The notes: a model not told the origin generated them from the sequence alone. Positions 22,927 through 33,164 are shown, counted from the first letter of the stretch. The stretch is 64,000 bases of DNA from an uncultured Gemmatimonadales bacterium (GCA_963823035.1 CAWGKG010000010.1:96001-160000), one strand, 5' to 3'. Numbers and translations are program-made.

Positions 22927-24525
22927 TCAGGTGGGGTTGGGGGGGCCCCAGCCGCCGCCGCCCGGCGACCGGATGCTGACCACGTCGCCGGCTTCGACGG
23001 CGAACGTGGCCTTCGAGGGGAGGCGCTCTTCCACGCCTCCGCGGATCACCACGTTCTCGCCGGGTGCACCGTCGCACCCGCCCCGTGCCCCGGCCGGACC
23101 TACCGCGCGACGCTCGCAGAGGAGCGCGACGCTCGCCGGGGTGAGGATCATGAGATCGCGGCGCAGCCCGTCCCCGCCACGGTGGTGCCCGTCGCCGCCG
23201 CTCCCCCGGCGGATGCCGTAGCGGACCACGCGGAAGGGATAGGCGTGCTCGAGCGCTTCGACGGGCGTATTCAGGGAGTTGGACATGTGGACGTGCACGC
23301 CGGACAGCCCCGGCCCGGAGGGCCCCGCACCCATCCCGCCGCCCACGGTCTCGTAGTAGGCGAAGGGCTCGCCCGTGCGCGGGTCCGTGCCGCCCACGGT
23401 GGTGTTGTTCATCGTCCCCTGGGAGAGCGCGGGCATCAAATCGGGGAGCGCCACGGCGAAGGCGCGCAACAGGACGTCCGTGATGCGTTGGCTGGTCTCC
23501 ACGTTGCCGGCCGCGACGGAGGCCGGCATGCGAGCGTTCACCAGGCTCCCCTCCGGCAGGACCAGCTCGACCGCCGACATCGAGCCTCCTCCGGCCGGAA
23601 GCGGTTCGTCCAGGAGCGCCTCGACGACGCAGCGCACCACGTAGCGGCACGCCGACGCCGTGATGGCCGACACGGCGTTGATTCCCCCGGGGACCTGCGG
23701 GTCCGTGCCCGTGAAGTCGATCCGCATGGACCGGCCCCGGACCGTCATCGTCGCGCGAATGGTGACCGGCCCGCTCCCGAAGCCGTCGTCCTCGAGGGCA
23801 TCCTCGGCGCGGTAGCTCCCGTCCGGAACCTCGGCGAGGCCGGCCTCCACCAGACGGTCCGCGTACGCCACCAACGCGTCCATCGCGGCCAGCGTCTCGT
23901 CCGCGCCCCGCCTGGCCGCGATCTCGAGCAGACGGGTCCTGCCGGCGTGGAGGGCCGCGAGCTGGGCGTCCAGGTCCCCCGCGCGCTCGACCGGCGTGCG
24001 CACGTTGGCGAGGAGGGTCCGCCAGAGGTCCTCGTTCCGTCGGCCCTCCACGTAGAGGCGCACCGGAGGGATGCGCAGCCCTTCCTGGAAGATCTCGCGG
24101 GCGAGCGGCATCGACCCGGGCGACATCCCGCCCACGTCCGAGTGGTGGGCGCGTGACGCCACGTAGCCGAGGAGGCGACCCCCGTCGGCGTGGACCGGGG
24201 CGATCAACGTGATGTCGGGAAGGTGGGTCCCGCCCCGGAAGGGGTCGTTCAGGCACGCCACGTCGCCCGCCGCGAGGGCGCCCAGCTCTTCGAGGGCCGC
24301 GCTCACGCTCATCGGCATGGCCCCGAGATGGACGGGCATGTGGTCACCCAGGGAGACCGCTTCCACGACCGGCGAGAAGAGGGCGCACGAGTAGTCGCGC
24401 CGCTCCTTGATGTTGGGGGAGAAGGAGGCCCGCTTGAGCGCGGCGCCCATCTCCTCCGCCAGGGCGGTGAAGAGGTGACGGAAGACCTCGAGCGTGATTG
24501 CGTCTGGAGCGAGCGGGTGGGTCAA
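22927..24525 (-). CDS. Hydantoinase B / oxoprolinase family protein
   Basis: 'SPNIKERRDYSCA', 'PVHLGAM', 'NDPFRGGTHLPD', 'HHSDVGG', 'YYETVGGG', 'SPGGGGWG'. Confidence 0.92.
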   Translation of the reverse strand: MTHPLAPDAITLEVFRHLFTALAEEMGAALKRASFSPNIKERRDYSCALFSPVVEAVSLGDHMPVHLGAMPMSVSAALEELGALAAGDVACLNDPFRGGTHLPDITLIAPVHADGGRLLGYVASRAHHSDVGGMSPGSMPLAREIFQEGLRIPPVRLYVEGRRNEDLWRTLLANVRTPVERAGDLDAQLAALHAGRTRLLEIAARRGADETLAAMDALVAYADRLVEAGLAEVPDGSYRAEDALEDDGFGSGPVTIRATMTVRGRSMRIDFTGTDPQVPGGINAVSAITASACRYVVRCVVEALLDEPLPAGGGSMSAVELVLPEGSLVNARMPASVAAGNVETSQRITDVLLRAFAVALPDLMPALSQGTMNNTTVGGTDPRTGEPFAYYETVGGGMGAGPSGPGLSGVHVHMSNSLNTPVEALEHAYPFRVVRYGIRRGSGGDGHHRGGDGLRRDLMILTPASVALLCERRAVGPAGARGGCDGAPGENVVIRGGVEERLPSKATFAVEAGDVVSIRSPGGGGWGPPNPT

Positions 24526-24634
24526 GGGCCAGGTTTCCCCGGGAGAGGTTCTGCGTTAGACTTTCTGGCTGAAGGCCTGCACTACTGCATCGACCATTCG
24601 CGTGCGCGCGTCCGAACGATAAGGGGAGGAACGT

Positions 24635-24895
24635 TTGAGTAAAGAGAAGCTCATGGATCGGGCTCGGGACGAGCTCTTCAGCCATATCAATCGTTGCGGC
24701 GTCCTTCAGGCCGCCGAAGACGATCAGCGCCACTGGATGGACGAGACGATCGAGTATCTGGGTGAGCGGTACCCCGACCTGGCGGATACCGATCTGGCTC
24801 AGCTCTACGAGATCGGCGTGCGTTTCTGCAAGCCGGCGATCGCTCATGGCGCGGACAGCACCGCCCGGAACATGGAGGACGCCGGCGTGGCCTGA
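24635..24895 (+). CDS. Small helical hypothetical protein (86 aa)
   Basis: Strong RBS AAGGGGAGG, TTG start, downstream terminator. Confidence 0.7.
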   Translation: MSKEKLMDRARDELFSHINRCGVLQAAEDDQRHWMDETIEYLGERYPDLADTDLAQLYEIGVRFCKPAIAHGADSTARNMEDAGVA

Positions 24896-24927
24896 GGCCG
24901 TCGCCGTCCATCCTGACAGGGTGCGAG

Positions 24928-24972
24928 GGGCGGGGGGCCGATGCATCGGCGCCCCGCCTTTCTGTTTTTCTT
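24928..24972 (+). terminator. Intrinsic terminator
   Basis: Hairpin ggcggggggccgat/atcggcgccccgcc followed by tttctgtttttc. Confidence 0.7.
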
Positions 24973-25064
24973 CGGGGCACGATCATCGAGCGGGTTGGCG
25001 GTAAGGCGAGAGGCGGATATACTTGGGGCCATTTGTAGCGCGTCTGCCGGGGAGACGAGTGGCG

Positions 25065-26540
25065 ATGGCCAAGAAGAGGGACAGGGGGGAGCCGGGGAGT
25101 CGGCCACCGGCAAGCGGTCGTCGCAGGGCGCCGGGGCCAAGCGTGCGGTAGCCAGAAAGGCCAAGGGCGAGAAGACTTCTTCCGGAAAGAAGGCCGCGAC
25201 GACGGGATCGGGCGCGAAGAAGAAGAAGGCGCCCGCGAAGAAGGCCGCCCCGAAGAAGAGCGGCGGGGCGTCGCGAAAGCGGGTGGTCGGGAAGAAGGCC
25301 GCTCCCGCGAAGAAGCCGGCACCCGGGAAGAGCGCCCCCGCGGCGAAGAAGCCCGCCGCCAAGGCGGCCGGCAGCAAGCCTCCCACGAAGAAGGCCGCCA
25401 AGAAGGCGCCTGCCGAGAAGGCCTCCGCCAAGAAGGCCCCCGCCGAGAAGGCGCCGCCAAGGCGCCGCCAAGAAGGCCCCCGCCAAGAAGGCCCCCACCA
25501 AGAAGGCCCCCACCAAGAAGGCCCCCGCCAAGAAGGCCCCCGCCAAGAAGGCCCCCGCCAAGAAGGCCCCCGCCAAGAAGGCTCCTGCCAAGAAGGCTCC
25601 TGCCAAGAAGGCCCCCGCGAAGAAGGCTCCTGCCGAGAAGGCTCCTGCCGAGAAGGCGGTCTCGCTGAAGAAGAAGGCCCCCGCCGCCAAGAAGGCTCCC
25701 GGGAAGTCGACTGCGGACGCCGCCGCCGGGAAGAAGACCGGCAGGAAGAAGGCGGACGCGCCCGCGAAGAAGAAGGCCGCCCCCGCCAAGAAGGCCGCGG
25801 GCGCGAAGGCGGAGGCCGCCAAGCCCGACGATGGGAAGAAGTCGGGTTCGAACACCCCAGCGTCCAAGGCCGGGTCTCCCGACGCCGCGCCCGCGGCGAA
25901 CGGCGCCGGCTCGACGCAGGCGAAGGCCGGGGCCGCCGCGCCCCAGAACCGTGGCGGGTCCAAAGGCGGCAAGGAGAAGCCGAGCCGGGAGGCGCGCGAG
26001 AAGCGCAAAGCGCGGAAGAAGGCCTCCGCCCTGCTCGGCTCGGGCGACGAGCTGGAGATGACGCCGGAGGAGAAGCGCGAGGCGCGCCGGCGCGCTCGTC
26101 GCGAGGCGCGCCGCAAGGAACGTCGGGAGGCGAGGCGGCGGGCCGCCGAGGCGCGGAAGAAGCCAGCGGTGGAGGTCTATCGCCCCAAGGCGCGCGTGGG
26201 CACCGACGGCGTGATGGTGCTCGAGGACGACAAGTACCTCCACAAGGCGTACTACTCGGGCCAGCAGGTGCCCTCGCCGGTGGGGGGCTTCCTCATGCTG
26301 CTCGGCGTCCGCCCCACGGCGGACGGCGCCGCCGTCGCGCTCTTCGAGTGCAGCGCTTCGTCGCTTCGCTACCAGATGGAGGTGCCCAAGGCCACCCGCG
26401 CCGAGCGTGCCGCCGTGAAGGAGGTCCAGGACGCGGGCGACGACCCTGATTGCCCCCGTCACGGGCCCGGGCACCGGCTCCATCGGGCCGGCAGAGAATT
26501 GGTCTGCCCCCTCTGTGGGATCGCCTACGGCAAGGTCTGA
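25065..26540 (+). CDS. Histone H1-like Lys/Ala-rich protein with C-terminal zinc-ribbon domain (two frameshifts)
   Basis: ATG 25065 (MAKKR) after GGGGAG; KKAPA repeats; frame changes near 25080 and 25455-25470; then continuous to 'CPRH...CPLC' and stop at 26540. Confidence 0.7.
25400..25649 (+). repeat. Coding 15-bp tandem repeat AAGAAGGCCCCCGCC (KKAPA), about 17 units
   Basis: 12 contiguous 15-mers at 25470-25649, 3 at 25400-25444 and two shortened units at 25445-25469. Confidence 0.92.
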
Positions 26541-26704
26541 CGGGGCCCTCGGCTCTCGTTCCGAGCGCCCCCGCGCGCGCTCCGGGCCACCCTCCGTGAG
26601 GCCCGTTTCGAGGGTGGTAAGGCCCGTCGCGCCACATTACATTGCGTACATCCCCCCGCGCAGGCGCTCGGCCTGCCCCATGGTCCGTCCAAGGAGCTCT
26701 CTAC

Positions 26705-27835
26705 ATGCCCGAAGGGTTCCTCAGTTCAGAGGAATACGACGAGCAGGCGCACAAGCTCTACAACGACGGTGATTACGACGGGGCCCTCGAGATGCTCAAA
26801 GAGGGCCTCTCTCTCTATCCCAACGCCGTCGAGCTGTACGTCGGTCTCGGCTACGCCCGGCTCGCCCGGGAGGAATACGCCTGGGCCCGCAAGGCCTTCG
26901 AGCGCGCCGCGGTCCTCGACCCGGCACACGAGGACGCCCTGGTCGGCCTCGGTGAGACCCTTCTCCGCTTCGGGGAGCGGACGCAGGCGCTTCAGCTCTT
27001 CGACCAGGTCGCGGCGATGGGCTACGACGACGACATCGAGCTCATGTTGACGATGGGTCGTGCGCTCTACCGCGAGGCCATGTACGGCGAATGCCGGGAC
27101 GTCTTCGCCAAGGCGGCGGCCGCCCGGCCGGACAGCGCCGAGGCGGCCGCGTCGCTCGGGTACGCCCTGCATCGCCTCGGCGACGACGTCGGAGCGGGGC
27201 GCCAGATTCGGCGTTCGCTCCGCCTCGACCCGGACCTGCACGAGGCACGTATCTACCTGGGGCATCTCCTCTTCGACCGCGGAGACTGGGAGGGAGCCCT
27301 GCGCGAGTTCGAGCGGGTGCCGCCCCAGGAACACTGGGACGCTCTCGCGGTGTGGCGTCTCATGGAGCTGAAACGGGCGCTCTGGCACATGGAGTCCGGG
27401 GACGCCAGGCTGTCGCCCTGGGAACAGCGCCTGCGCGAGCTCGAGGACCTCGAGGACCCGATCGATCGGCTCCTGAGCGAGGTCGAAGCGCGCATGGGCG
27501 GTGGCGGGGCGGCACCCACCTACGACGATCCGAGCCAGCTCGAGTTGTTCGAGCGGGAGTCGTCACGCAACGACACGCGCACGCACGTCGTGCGGCTGGC
27601 CGACGGCCACCAGCTGAGGGGCACCTGGCACGAGATCGTGCGCCAGATGCGCGACCAGGCCGGTTTCTCGCACGAGACCCTCGGGCACTACATGAGGCGT
27701 CTCGCCGAGCGCTGGCACGAGCAGAGCGGCGTGGAGATCCCCTTCACGGATCCCGAATCGTTTCTGCGAACGGCGGTGGCGGCGGGACTCGTGCACCTGG
27801 AGAGCGAAGACGATTCGAGGCGGGGGGACGAATGA
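26705..27835 (+). CDS. Tetratricopeptide repeat protein with a non-TPR C-terminal domain
   Basis: AAGGAG RBS; repeated TPR units such as 'YVGLGYA...ARKAFERAAVLDP', 'IYLGHLLFDRGDWEGALREF'. Confidence 0.82.
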   Translation: MPEGFLSSEEYDEQAHKLYNDGDYDGALEMLKEGLSLYPNAVELYVGLGYARLAREEYAWARKAFERAAVLDPAHEDALVGLGETLLRFGERTQALQLFDQVAAMGYDDDIELMLTMGRALYREAMYGECRDVFAKAAAARPDSAEAAASLGYALHRLGDDVGAGRQIRRSLRLDPDLHEARIYLGHLLFDRGDWEGALREFERVPPQEHWDALAVWRLMELKRALWHMESGDARLSPWEQRLRELEDLEDPIDRLLSEVEARMGGGGAAPTYDDPSQLELFERESSRNDTRTHVVRLADGHQLRGTWHEIVRQMRDQAGFSHETLGHYMRRLAERWHEQSGVEIPFTDPESFLRTAVAAGLVHLESEDDSRRGDE

Positions 27836-28491
27836 TCGTGGACACGAACGACATACTGACGCGCTTCCACCGGACGCTGGTGGAGGAGATCAGGCATCGG
27901 CGCCCGGAGTACCTGCAGGAGCCCTTCACGGTCGCCGAGATCTACCAGAACCTGGTCCCGTACGGCTCGCACCGGGACCGGCTGGGCATCGAGATGAACG
28001 GCGACTACGAGGACGCGTTGCTGCGCATCCTCGCCGGAGAGGGTGGTTACCTCATCCTCGAGTCGGAGCCCGCGCTGCGTGCGCTCCGCCAGGAGCTGGA
28101 GTCCTCGAACCCGAACACCGGCGTCTACCGTGAGTATGCGGCCGTGGACGTTCGCCTGGACCCCGCCCGCCTTCCCTTCGCGGGAGTGCCCGCCCGGGAG
28201 GCCGCGGTGGCGCCGTGGGACGAGGTGGACGAGGCGATCTCGGTGGACGACCTGGCCCCGGAGGGGGAAGAGGCGACTGCGGGCGCCGACAGCGGCGCCT
28301 CCGCGCCGGCGTCCGAGGGCTCGCCCGAGTCGTGCCGGTGGTGCCGGGCGGAGTTGCCCCACCATCCCCACCTCAAGTTCTGCCCCTTCTGCGGTACGGA
28401 CATCCGGGTGGTGCCGTGTCCGGAGTGCGGCGAGGAGTTGCTGCCGGATTGGCGGTTCTGCATCCAGTGTGGTGCCGAGGCCGGTCCTTGA
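27832..28491 (+). CDS. Double zinc-ribbon domain protein
   Basis: ATGA overlap; C-terminal CRWC, CPFC, CPEC, CIQC. Confidence 0.8.
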   Translation: MIVDTNDILTRFHRTLVEEIRHRRPEYLQEPFTVAEIYQNLVPYGSHRDRLGIEMNGDYEDALLRILAGEGGYLILESEPALRALRQELESSNPNTGVYREYAAVDVRLDPARLPFAGVPAREAAVAPWDEVDEAISVDDLAPEGEEATAGADSGASAPASEGSPESCRWCRAELPHHPHLKFCPFCGTDIRVVPCPECGEELLPDWRFCIQCGAEAGP

Positions 28492-28985
28492 CCCTCGGGG
28501 TCCCGCCGAGCGTGTCGCGTCGGCCCCGCATCGCGGGGCCGATTGCATGTGTGGCGATCGCGGGCCTCGCGCTCGTCTCCGGCGGTTGCCGGGAGGAGCC
28601 GCAGCCCCCGCAGTTCCCGCCGGACAGCGTCCTGCGCTCGGAGCTGGGCCTGACCGACGCCGACGAGGTGCATCGGGTGTCGATCACCGGCGGCGAGCGG
28701 GAGCTGGTGGAGCCCGTGGAGGTCCAGGTGCCGCCCGGCGCCTGGGTGGAGTTCGTCACGACGGACTGGCGGGTGCACCAGGTCCGCTTCGTGAGCGACA
28801 GCCTCGACGCGGGACGCCTGGCCTTCCTCGTGGACAGCGACCAGGTGGATTCGCCCCCGCTCGTAGAGCGCGACGCGAGGTTCGTCGTGTCCTTTTCCGA
28901 CGCGCCCGAGGGCCGGTATCCCTACGTGGTGGAGGGGAACGGCGCGGCCACCCGTGGGGTGGTGGTGGTCCTCGTGAAGCGCTAA
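28488..28985 (+). CDS. Putative lipoprotein, possibly cupredoxin-like fold
   Basis: Hydrophobic signal with 'VSGGC'; beta-rich 'VQVPPGAWVEF...HQVRF...EGRYPY'; start uncertain (28488 or 28512). Confidence 0.55.
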   Translation: MTLGVPPSVSRRPRIAGPIACVAIAGLALVSGGCREEPQPPQFPPDSVLRSELGLTDADEVHRVSITGGERELVEPVEVQVPPGAWVEFVTTDWRVHQVRFVSDSLDAGRLAFLVDSDQVDSPPLVERDARFVVSFSDAPEGRYPYVVEGNGAATRGVVVVLVKR

Positions 28986-29061
28986 TCTGACGCCTACCCG
29001 GCGGCCTGCCGGGCCCGACGGCGGCGTCCGTCCACCTGCCCCACCCGAACAGGCTCCGCGC

Positions 29062-30129
29062 ATGCCCAGGATCGCACTCGTCCCCGGAGACGGAATCGGT
29101 CCAGAGGTCGTGCGGGAGGCGCGCCGGATGCTCGAGGCCGTCGCAGACGTGGAGGGGCTCTCCTTCGAGATGGTCGAGTGGGACCTGGGCGCGGACCGAT
29201 TCCTGCGCGAGGGCGTCACGATCACCGAGGAGGAATTCCGCAGTCTGGCCGACGACCACGACGCGATCCTGATGGGCGCGCTCGGGGATCCTCGGGTGCC
29301 GGGGAACGAGCACGCTCGGGACATCCTCCTGGGACTCCGCTTCCGCCTCGACCTGTACGTGAACTACCGTCCGTGCGTCCTCCTCGCGCCGGACCTCTGC
29401 CCCCTGAAGCGCGTGAAGGTGCCGGTGCGCCTGGAGATCTTCCGGGAGAACACCGAGGGCTGCTACGTGGGGATGGGGGGCGTGTTCAAGAAGGGTACGC
29501 CGCACGAGGTGGCCATCGAGGAGGACGTGAACACGCGCACCGGCGTGGAGCGGATCGTGCGCGCCGCGTTCGACTTCGCCCGCGCCAAGCACCGGACACG
29601 CGTCACGCTGGTCGACAAGGCCAACGCGATGCGGCACGCCGGCGGGCTCTGGCGGCGGGTGTTCGCCGAGGTGGGGGAGGGCTTCCCCGAGGTGGAGCGG
29701 GAGGAGATGTACGTGGACGCGATGGCGATGGACCTGGTCCGTCGCCCGGAGCGCTACTCGGTCATCGTGACCTCCAACCTCTTCGGCGACATCGTCAGCG
29801 ATCTCGCCGCCGAGCTCACCGGGGGGCTCGGCCTCGCGCCCAGCGCGAACATCCACCCCGGCAGGCACGCCCTCTTCGAGCCGGTGCACGGCTCGGCGCC
29901 CGACATCGCGGGCCAGGGGAAGGCCAACCCGATCGGCGCCATCCGCTGCGTCGCGCTCATGCTCGACCACTTCGGACACCCGCGGGCCGGGGAGCGCGTG
30001 GAGCGCGCCGTGGCCGCCGCCATCGCCCAGGGACGCACCACGGTGGACATGGGCGGGAGCTTCAAGACCGAAGAGGTCGGGCAGTGGCTGGCCGACCGCG
30101 TCGCGCTGGGGGCCGCGGTCGAATCCTGA
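29062..30129 (+). CDS. leuB: Isopropylmalate/isocitrate dehydrogenase family, probably 3-isopropylmalate dehydrogenase
   Basis: 'PGDGIGPEV', 'FRENTEG', 'VDKAN', 'NLFGDIVSDL', 'EPVHGSAPDIAG'; substrate not certain. Confidence 0.72.
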   Translation: MPRIALVPGDGIGPEVVREARRMLEAVADVEGLSFEMVEWDLGADRFLREGVTITEEEFRSLADDHDAILMGALGDPRVPGNEHARDILLGLRFRLDLYVNYRPCVLLAPDLCPLKRVKVPVRLEIFRENTEGCYVGMGGVFKKGTPHEVAIEEDVNTRTGVERIVRAAFDFARAKHRTRVTLVDKANAMRHAGGLWRRVFAEVGEGFPEVEREEMYVDAMAMDLVRRPERYSVIVTSNLFGDIVSDLAAELTGGLGLAPSANIHPGRHALFEPVHGSAPDIAGQGKANPIGAIRCVALMLDHFGHPRAGERVERAVAAAIAQGRTTVDMGGSFKTEEVGQWLADRVALGAAVES

Positions 30130-31334
30130 TGGGCACGCAGGGGCAAGGCAGGGACGTCGTCTTCCTCTCCGGGAAGCGCACCGGCTTCGGGACGTTCGGC
30201 GGGTCGCTCGCCACGCTGAGCGCGGTGGACCTCGGCGTCGTGAGCTCCATCGCGGCGCTCGACGCGGCCGGCGTCGAGCCCGGGCGTATCCAGCACACCA
30301 TCATCGGCAACGCGCTACAGACCTCGGCCGATGCGATCTACCTGGCGCGTCACGTCGGCCTGCGCAGCGGCGTTCCCGAGGCCGTCCCCGCGCTCACCGT
30401 GAACCGCCTGTGCGGCTCCGGCTTCGAGGCGATCGTCCAGGGTGCCAAGGAGATCCTCCTCGGGGAGGCGGACGTCTGCCTGGTGGGCGGCACCGAGTCG
30501 ATGAGCCAGGCACCGCACGCGGTGCGGGGCGCCCGCTGGGGCGCGCTGCGCCTGGGCGAGGCCGGTGGCTTCTTCGAGGATGTGCTCTGGCAGGCGCTCC
30601 TCGATTCGAACTGCGGGCTGACGATGGCCCAGACCGCCGAGGATCTCGCCGAACGCTATGCGGTGACGCGCGCCGAGGCCGACGGCGTGGCGCTCGCTTC
30701 GCAGCAGCGGGCGAAGCGGGCCTGGGAGGAAGGGCGCTTCGACGCCGAGATCACCCCCGTCACGATCCGCACCCGGAAGGGCGAGCGGACGTACGCAGCG
30801 GACGAGCACATGCGGCCGGACACCACGCTGGAGACGTTGTCCGGGCTGCGCCCCTACTTCCGGGAGACCGGCCTGGTGACGGCGGGCAACGCCAGCGGGA
30901 TCGGCGACGGGGCGGCGAGCGCGGTGGTCGCCGGCGCCGACTGGGCGGAGCGGAACGGTCTCGCCCCGATCGGACGCCTGGTTTCCTGGGCCTTCGTGGG
31001 CGTGGATCCCCGGATCATGGGGATCGGGCCGGCGCCGGCGGCCCGGCAGGCGCTGGAGAAGGCCGGGCTCACGCTGGCCGACATGGACCTCGTGGAAGTG
31101 AACGAGGCCTTCGCTCCGCAGTACAAGGCGGTGGAGAGGGAGTTGGCGCTCGACCCCGACAAGACGAACGTGAATGGCGGAGCGATCGCGCTCACCCACC
31201 CGCTGGCGGCTTCGGGTGCGCGTATCACGATCCACCTCCTCCACGAGTTGCGACGTCGCGGAGGGCGATACGCCCTCGGCTCGGCGTGCATTGGCGGCGG
31301 CCAGGGCGGAGCCGTGGTGGTGGAGGCGGCCTGA
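30129..31334 (+). CDS. Acetyl-CoA C-acyltransferase (thiolase)
   Basis: 'NRLCGSG', 'GGTESMS', 'NEAFA', 'HPLAASG', 'CIGGGQG'. Confidence 0.93.
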   Translation: MGTQGQGRDVVFLSGKRTGFGTFGGSLATLSAVDLGVVSSIAALDAAGVEPGRIQHTIIGNALQTSADAIYLARHVGLRSGVPEAVPALTVNRLCGSGFEAIVQGAKEILLGEADVCLVGGTESMSQAPHAVRGARWGALRLGEAGGFFEDVLWQALLDSNCGLTMAQTAEDLAERYAVTRAEADGVALASQQRAKRAWEEGRFDAEITPVTIRTRKGERTYAADEHMRPDTTLETLSGLRPYFRETGLVTAGNASGIGDGAASAVVAGADWAERNGLAPIGRLVSWAFVGVDPRIMGIGPAPAARQALEKAGLTLADMDLVEVNEAFAPQYKAVERELALDPDKTNVNGGAIALTHPLAASGARITIHLLHELRRRGGRYALGSACIGGGQGGAVVVEAA

Positions 31335-31345
31335 AACGGGGACCG

Positions 31346-32240
31346 ATGAGCGACGAGAAGGGCAGGGGCCTCACCCGACACGAGTTCGATGCTGTGATCC
31401 GCCGCGCGGCGGAGATGGCGTCGTCCGAGTCGGAGCCGGGTGAGGGCGGGCTGACGGAAGCCGAGCTCTTCCGGATCGCGCGCGAGGTCGGGCTGAACGA
31501 GCGCCATGTGCGCATGGCCCTTTCCGAGGTGCGCTCGGGGCGCACCGGGGGCGGTACGCTCGACCGCATCTTCGGCCCGTCGTTCCTGCGCGCGGCCCGC
31601 GTCGTGCCTGGCACGCCCAGGGAGCTGGCGACGAAGCTGGACGACTTCTTCGCAGGTACGCAGCTCCTGCAGCCGGTGCGTCGGGGCCTCCAGGTCCTGC
31701 AGTATCGTCCGGCCGTGGACTGGGCCTCGCAGATCGCGCGCGTGGCGAGCTTCACGTCGCGGAAGTACTACATCGCCTCCGCCAAGTCCGTGGAGGTCCA
31801 CCTGGACGCCGTGGACGAAGCGAGCACGATGGTCGAGCTGGTCGTGGAGCCCGGCACGCGCGGCGACAGCGTGGGGGGCGCGGCGGTGGGCGGGGGAAGC
31901 GGGGGCGTGGGTGCCGGGATCGGCATCGGGTTCGCCGTGGTGGCGACCGGTGGGCGCGATGGCGCTCGCCATCCCCCTCGGCGTCGCGATCGCGGGCGCG
32001 GTCGGCGGTGGGATCACCTACCTGGTGGGCGCGTCGCACAAGAAGAAGCTCCGGGAGGTCCAGGCGGAGGTGGAAGGTCTCCTCGACCTCCTCGAGCTGA
32101 GCGAACCCCTCGAGCCTCCGCCCGCCTCATGGAGGCGCTGGGTGAAGCGACAATTCCACGGCGTGGCCCGCGATCTGATGAGCCGAGAGGACGACGCCGA
32201 CGAGGACGACCAGGGGCGCCTGAGGGCGCCCGAGCCGTGA
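31346..32240 (+). CDS. Hypothetical membrane protein, frameshifted near 31950
   Basis: 'EFDAVIRRAAE...ELFRIAREVGL' N-terminus; Gly-rich TM hairpin split across two frames; ends 'PPPASWRRW...APEP'. Confidence 0.6.
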
Positions 32241-32347
32241 GGGGCGCGGTCCACCCGCCTCCCGGCGCGAACCACGCCAGGGTGGCGCGAAGGGCACGTT
32301 CCTCCACAGTTTGAAGGCATCTTGACTTCCCCCAGGATGCCGGCCCG

Positions 32348-33142
32348 ATGATCATCGTACACGTCTCCGATCCTCCGCTCCGCACGGCGCTACGCCGTGC
32401 CGCGCACGTGGAGGAGGACGTGATTACGGATTCGGCCCTGGCCGCCGACGCCCTGCTGCTCGGCTTTCCCAGGCTCGTCGTCACCACGCCGGCGGACATG
32501 GACCGCTTCCCGCTGACGCGCTCCGCCTGTCCGGTCCCTGTCATGGAGATCCAGCCCACGACCCTGGCCCGTTGGGAAGCGGAGCGGCGTGCGTTCTCCG
32601 TGCCGCCGGGGCGCGTCGACTTCCTGACGAGCCGAGTGGAAGGCCTGCTCGAGAAGCAGTCGGGCGACGCCACGTGGGTGGACCGCACGCTCGGGGACCT
32701 GAGTCGCGCGGCCGGGTCGGCGCTTCCGGCGCCGTTGCGGGCGTTTGCGCGCCGGGTGCTCGAGTTCCCGTCGCACTACGCCGACCTCCATACCATGGCG
32801 GACGCCTGCAGCCTGTCCCGCGGCGCGCTCAAGGCACGCTTCCGCCGCCGTGGACTGTCTTCCCCGTACGCCTATATCCGCTGGCTGCGCGTGTTGGCCT
32901 GCGCGCATCTGCTGTCGGACCGAACGGTGACGGTCGCAGGCGCGGCTCGGCGGCTCGGCTACACGTCCGCCGGCAATCTGTGCCGGACCATGATCTCCCT
33001 GACGGCCGTGACGCCGACCGAGGCGCGGACCTTGCTCGGCTGGAACCGGTTGTTGCTCTGCTTCACGTGGGAGTACCTGCGCGCGGACGCGCTGAGCGCC
33101 TGGCGCGACCTGGACGACCTCTTCGTCCGGCGAGCCGCCTGA
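32348..33142 (+). CDS. AraC-like helix-turn-helix protein
   Basis: 'MADACSLSRGALKARFRRRGLSSPYAYIRWLR', 'VAGAARRLGYTSAGNLCR...TPTE'. Confidence 0.72.
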   Translation: MIIVHVSDPPLRTALRRAAHVEEDVITDSALAADALLLGFPRLVVTTPADMDRFPLTRSACPVPVMEIQPTTLARWEAERRAFSVPPGRVDFLTSRVEGLLEKQSGDATWVDRTLGDLSRAAGSALPAPLRAFARRVLEFPSHYADLHTMADACSLSRGALKARFRRRGLSSPYAYIRWLRVLACAHLLSDRTVTVAGAARRLGYTSAGNLCRTMISLTAVTPTEARTLLGWNRLLLCFTWEYLRADALSAWRDLDDLFVRRAA

Positions 33143-33164
33143 CCCCTCGCCTTCCGACACCATG

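Noticed and set aside
25400..25649. Regular repeat array as possible CRISPR
   Set aside because: Units are contiguous 15-mers without spacers, encode KKAPA and vary mostly at codon-level positions; no cas genes.
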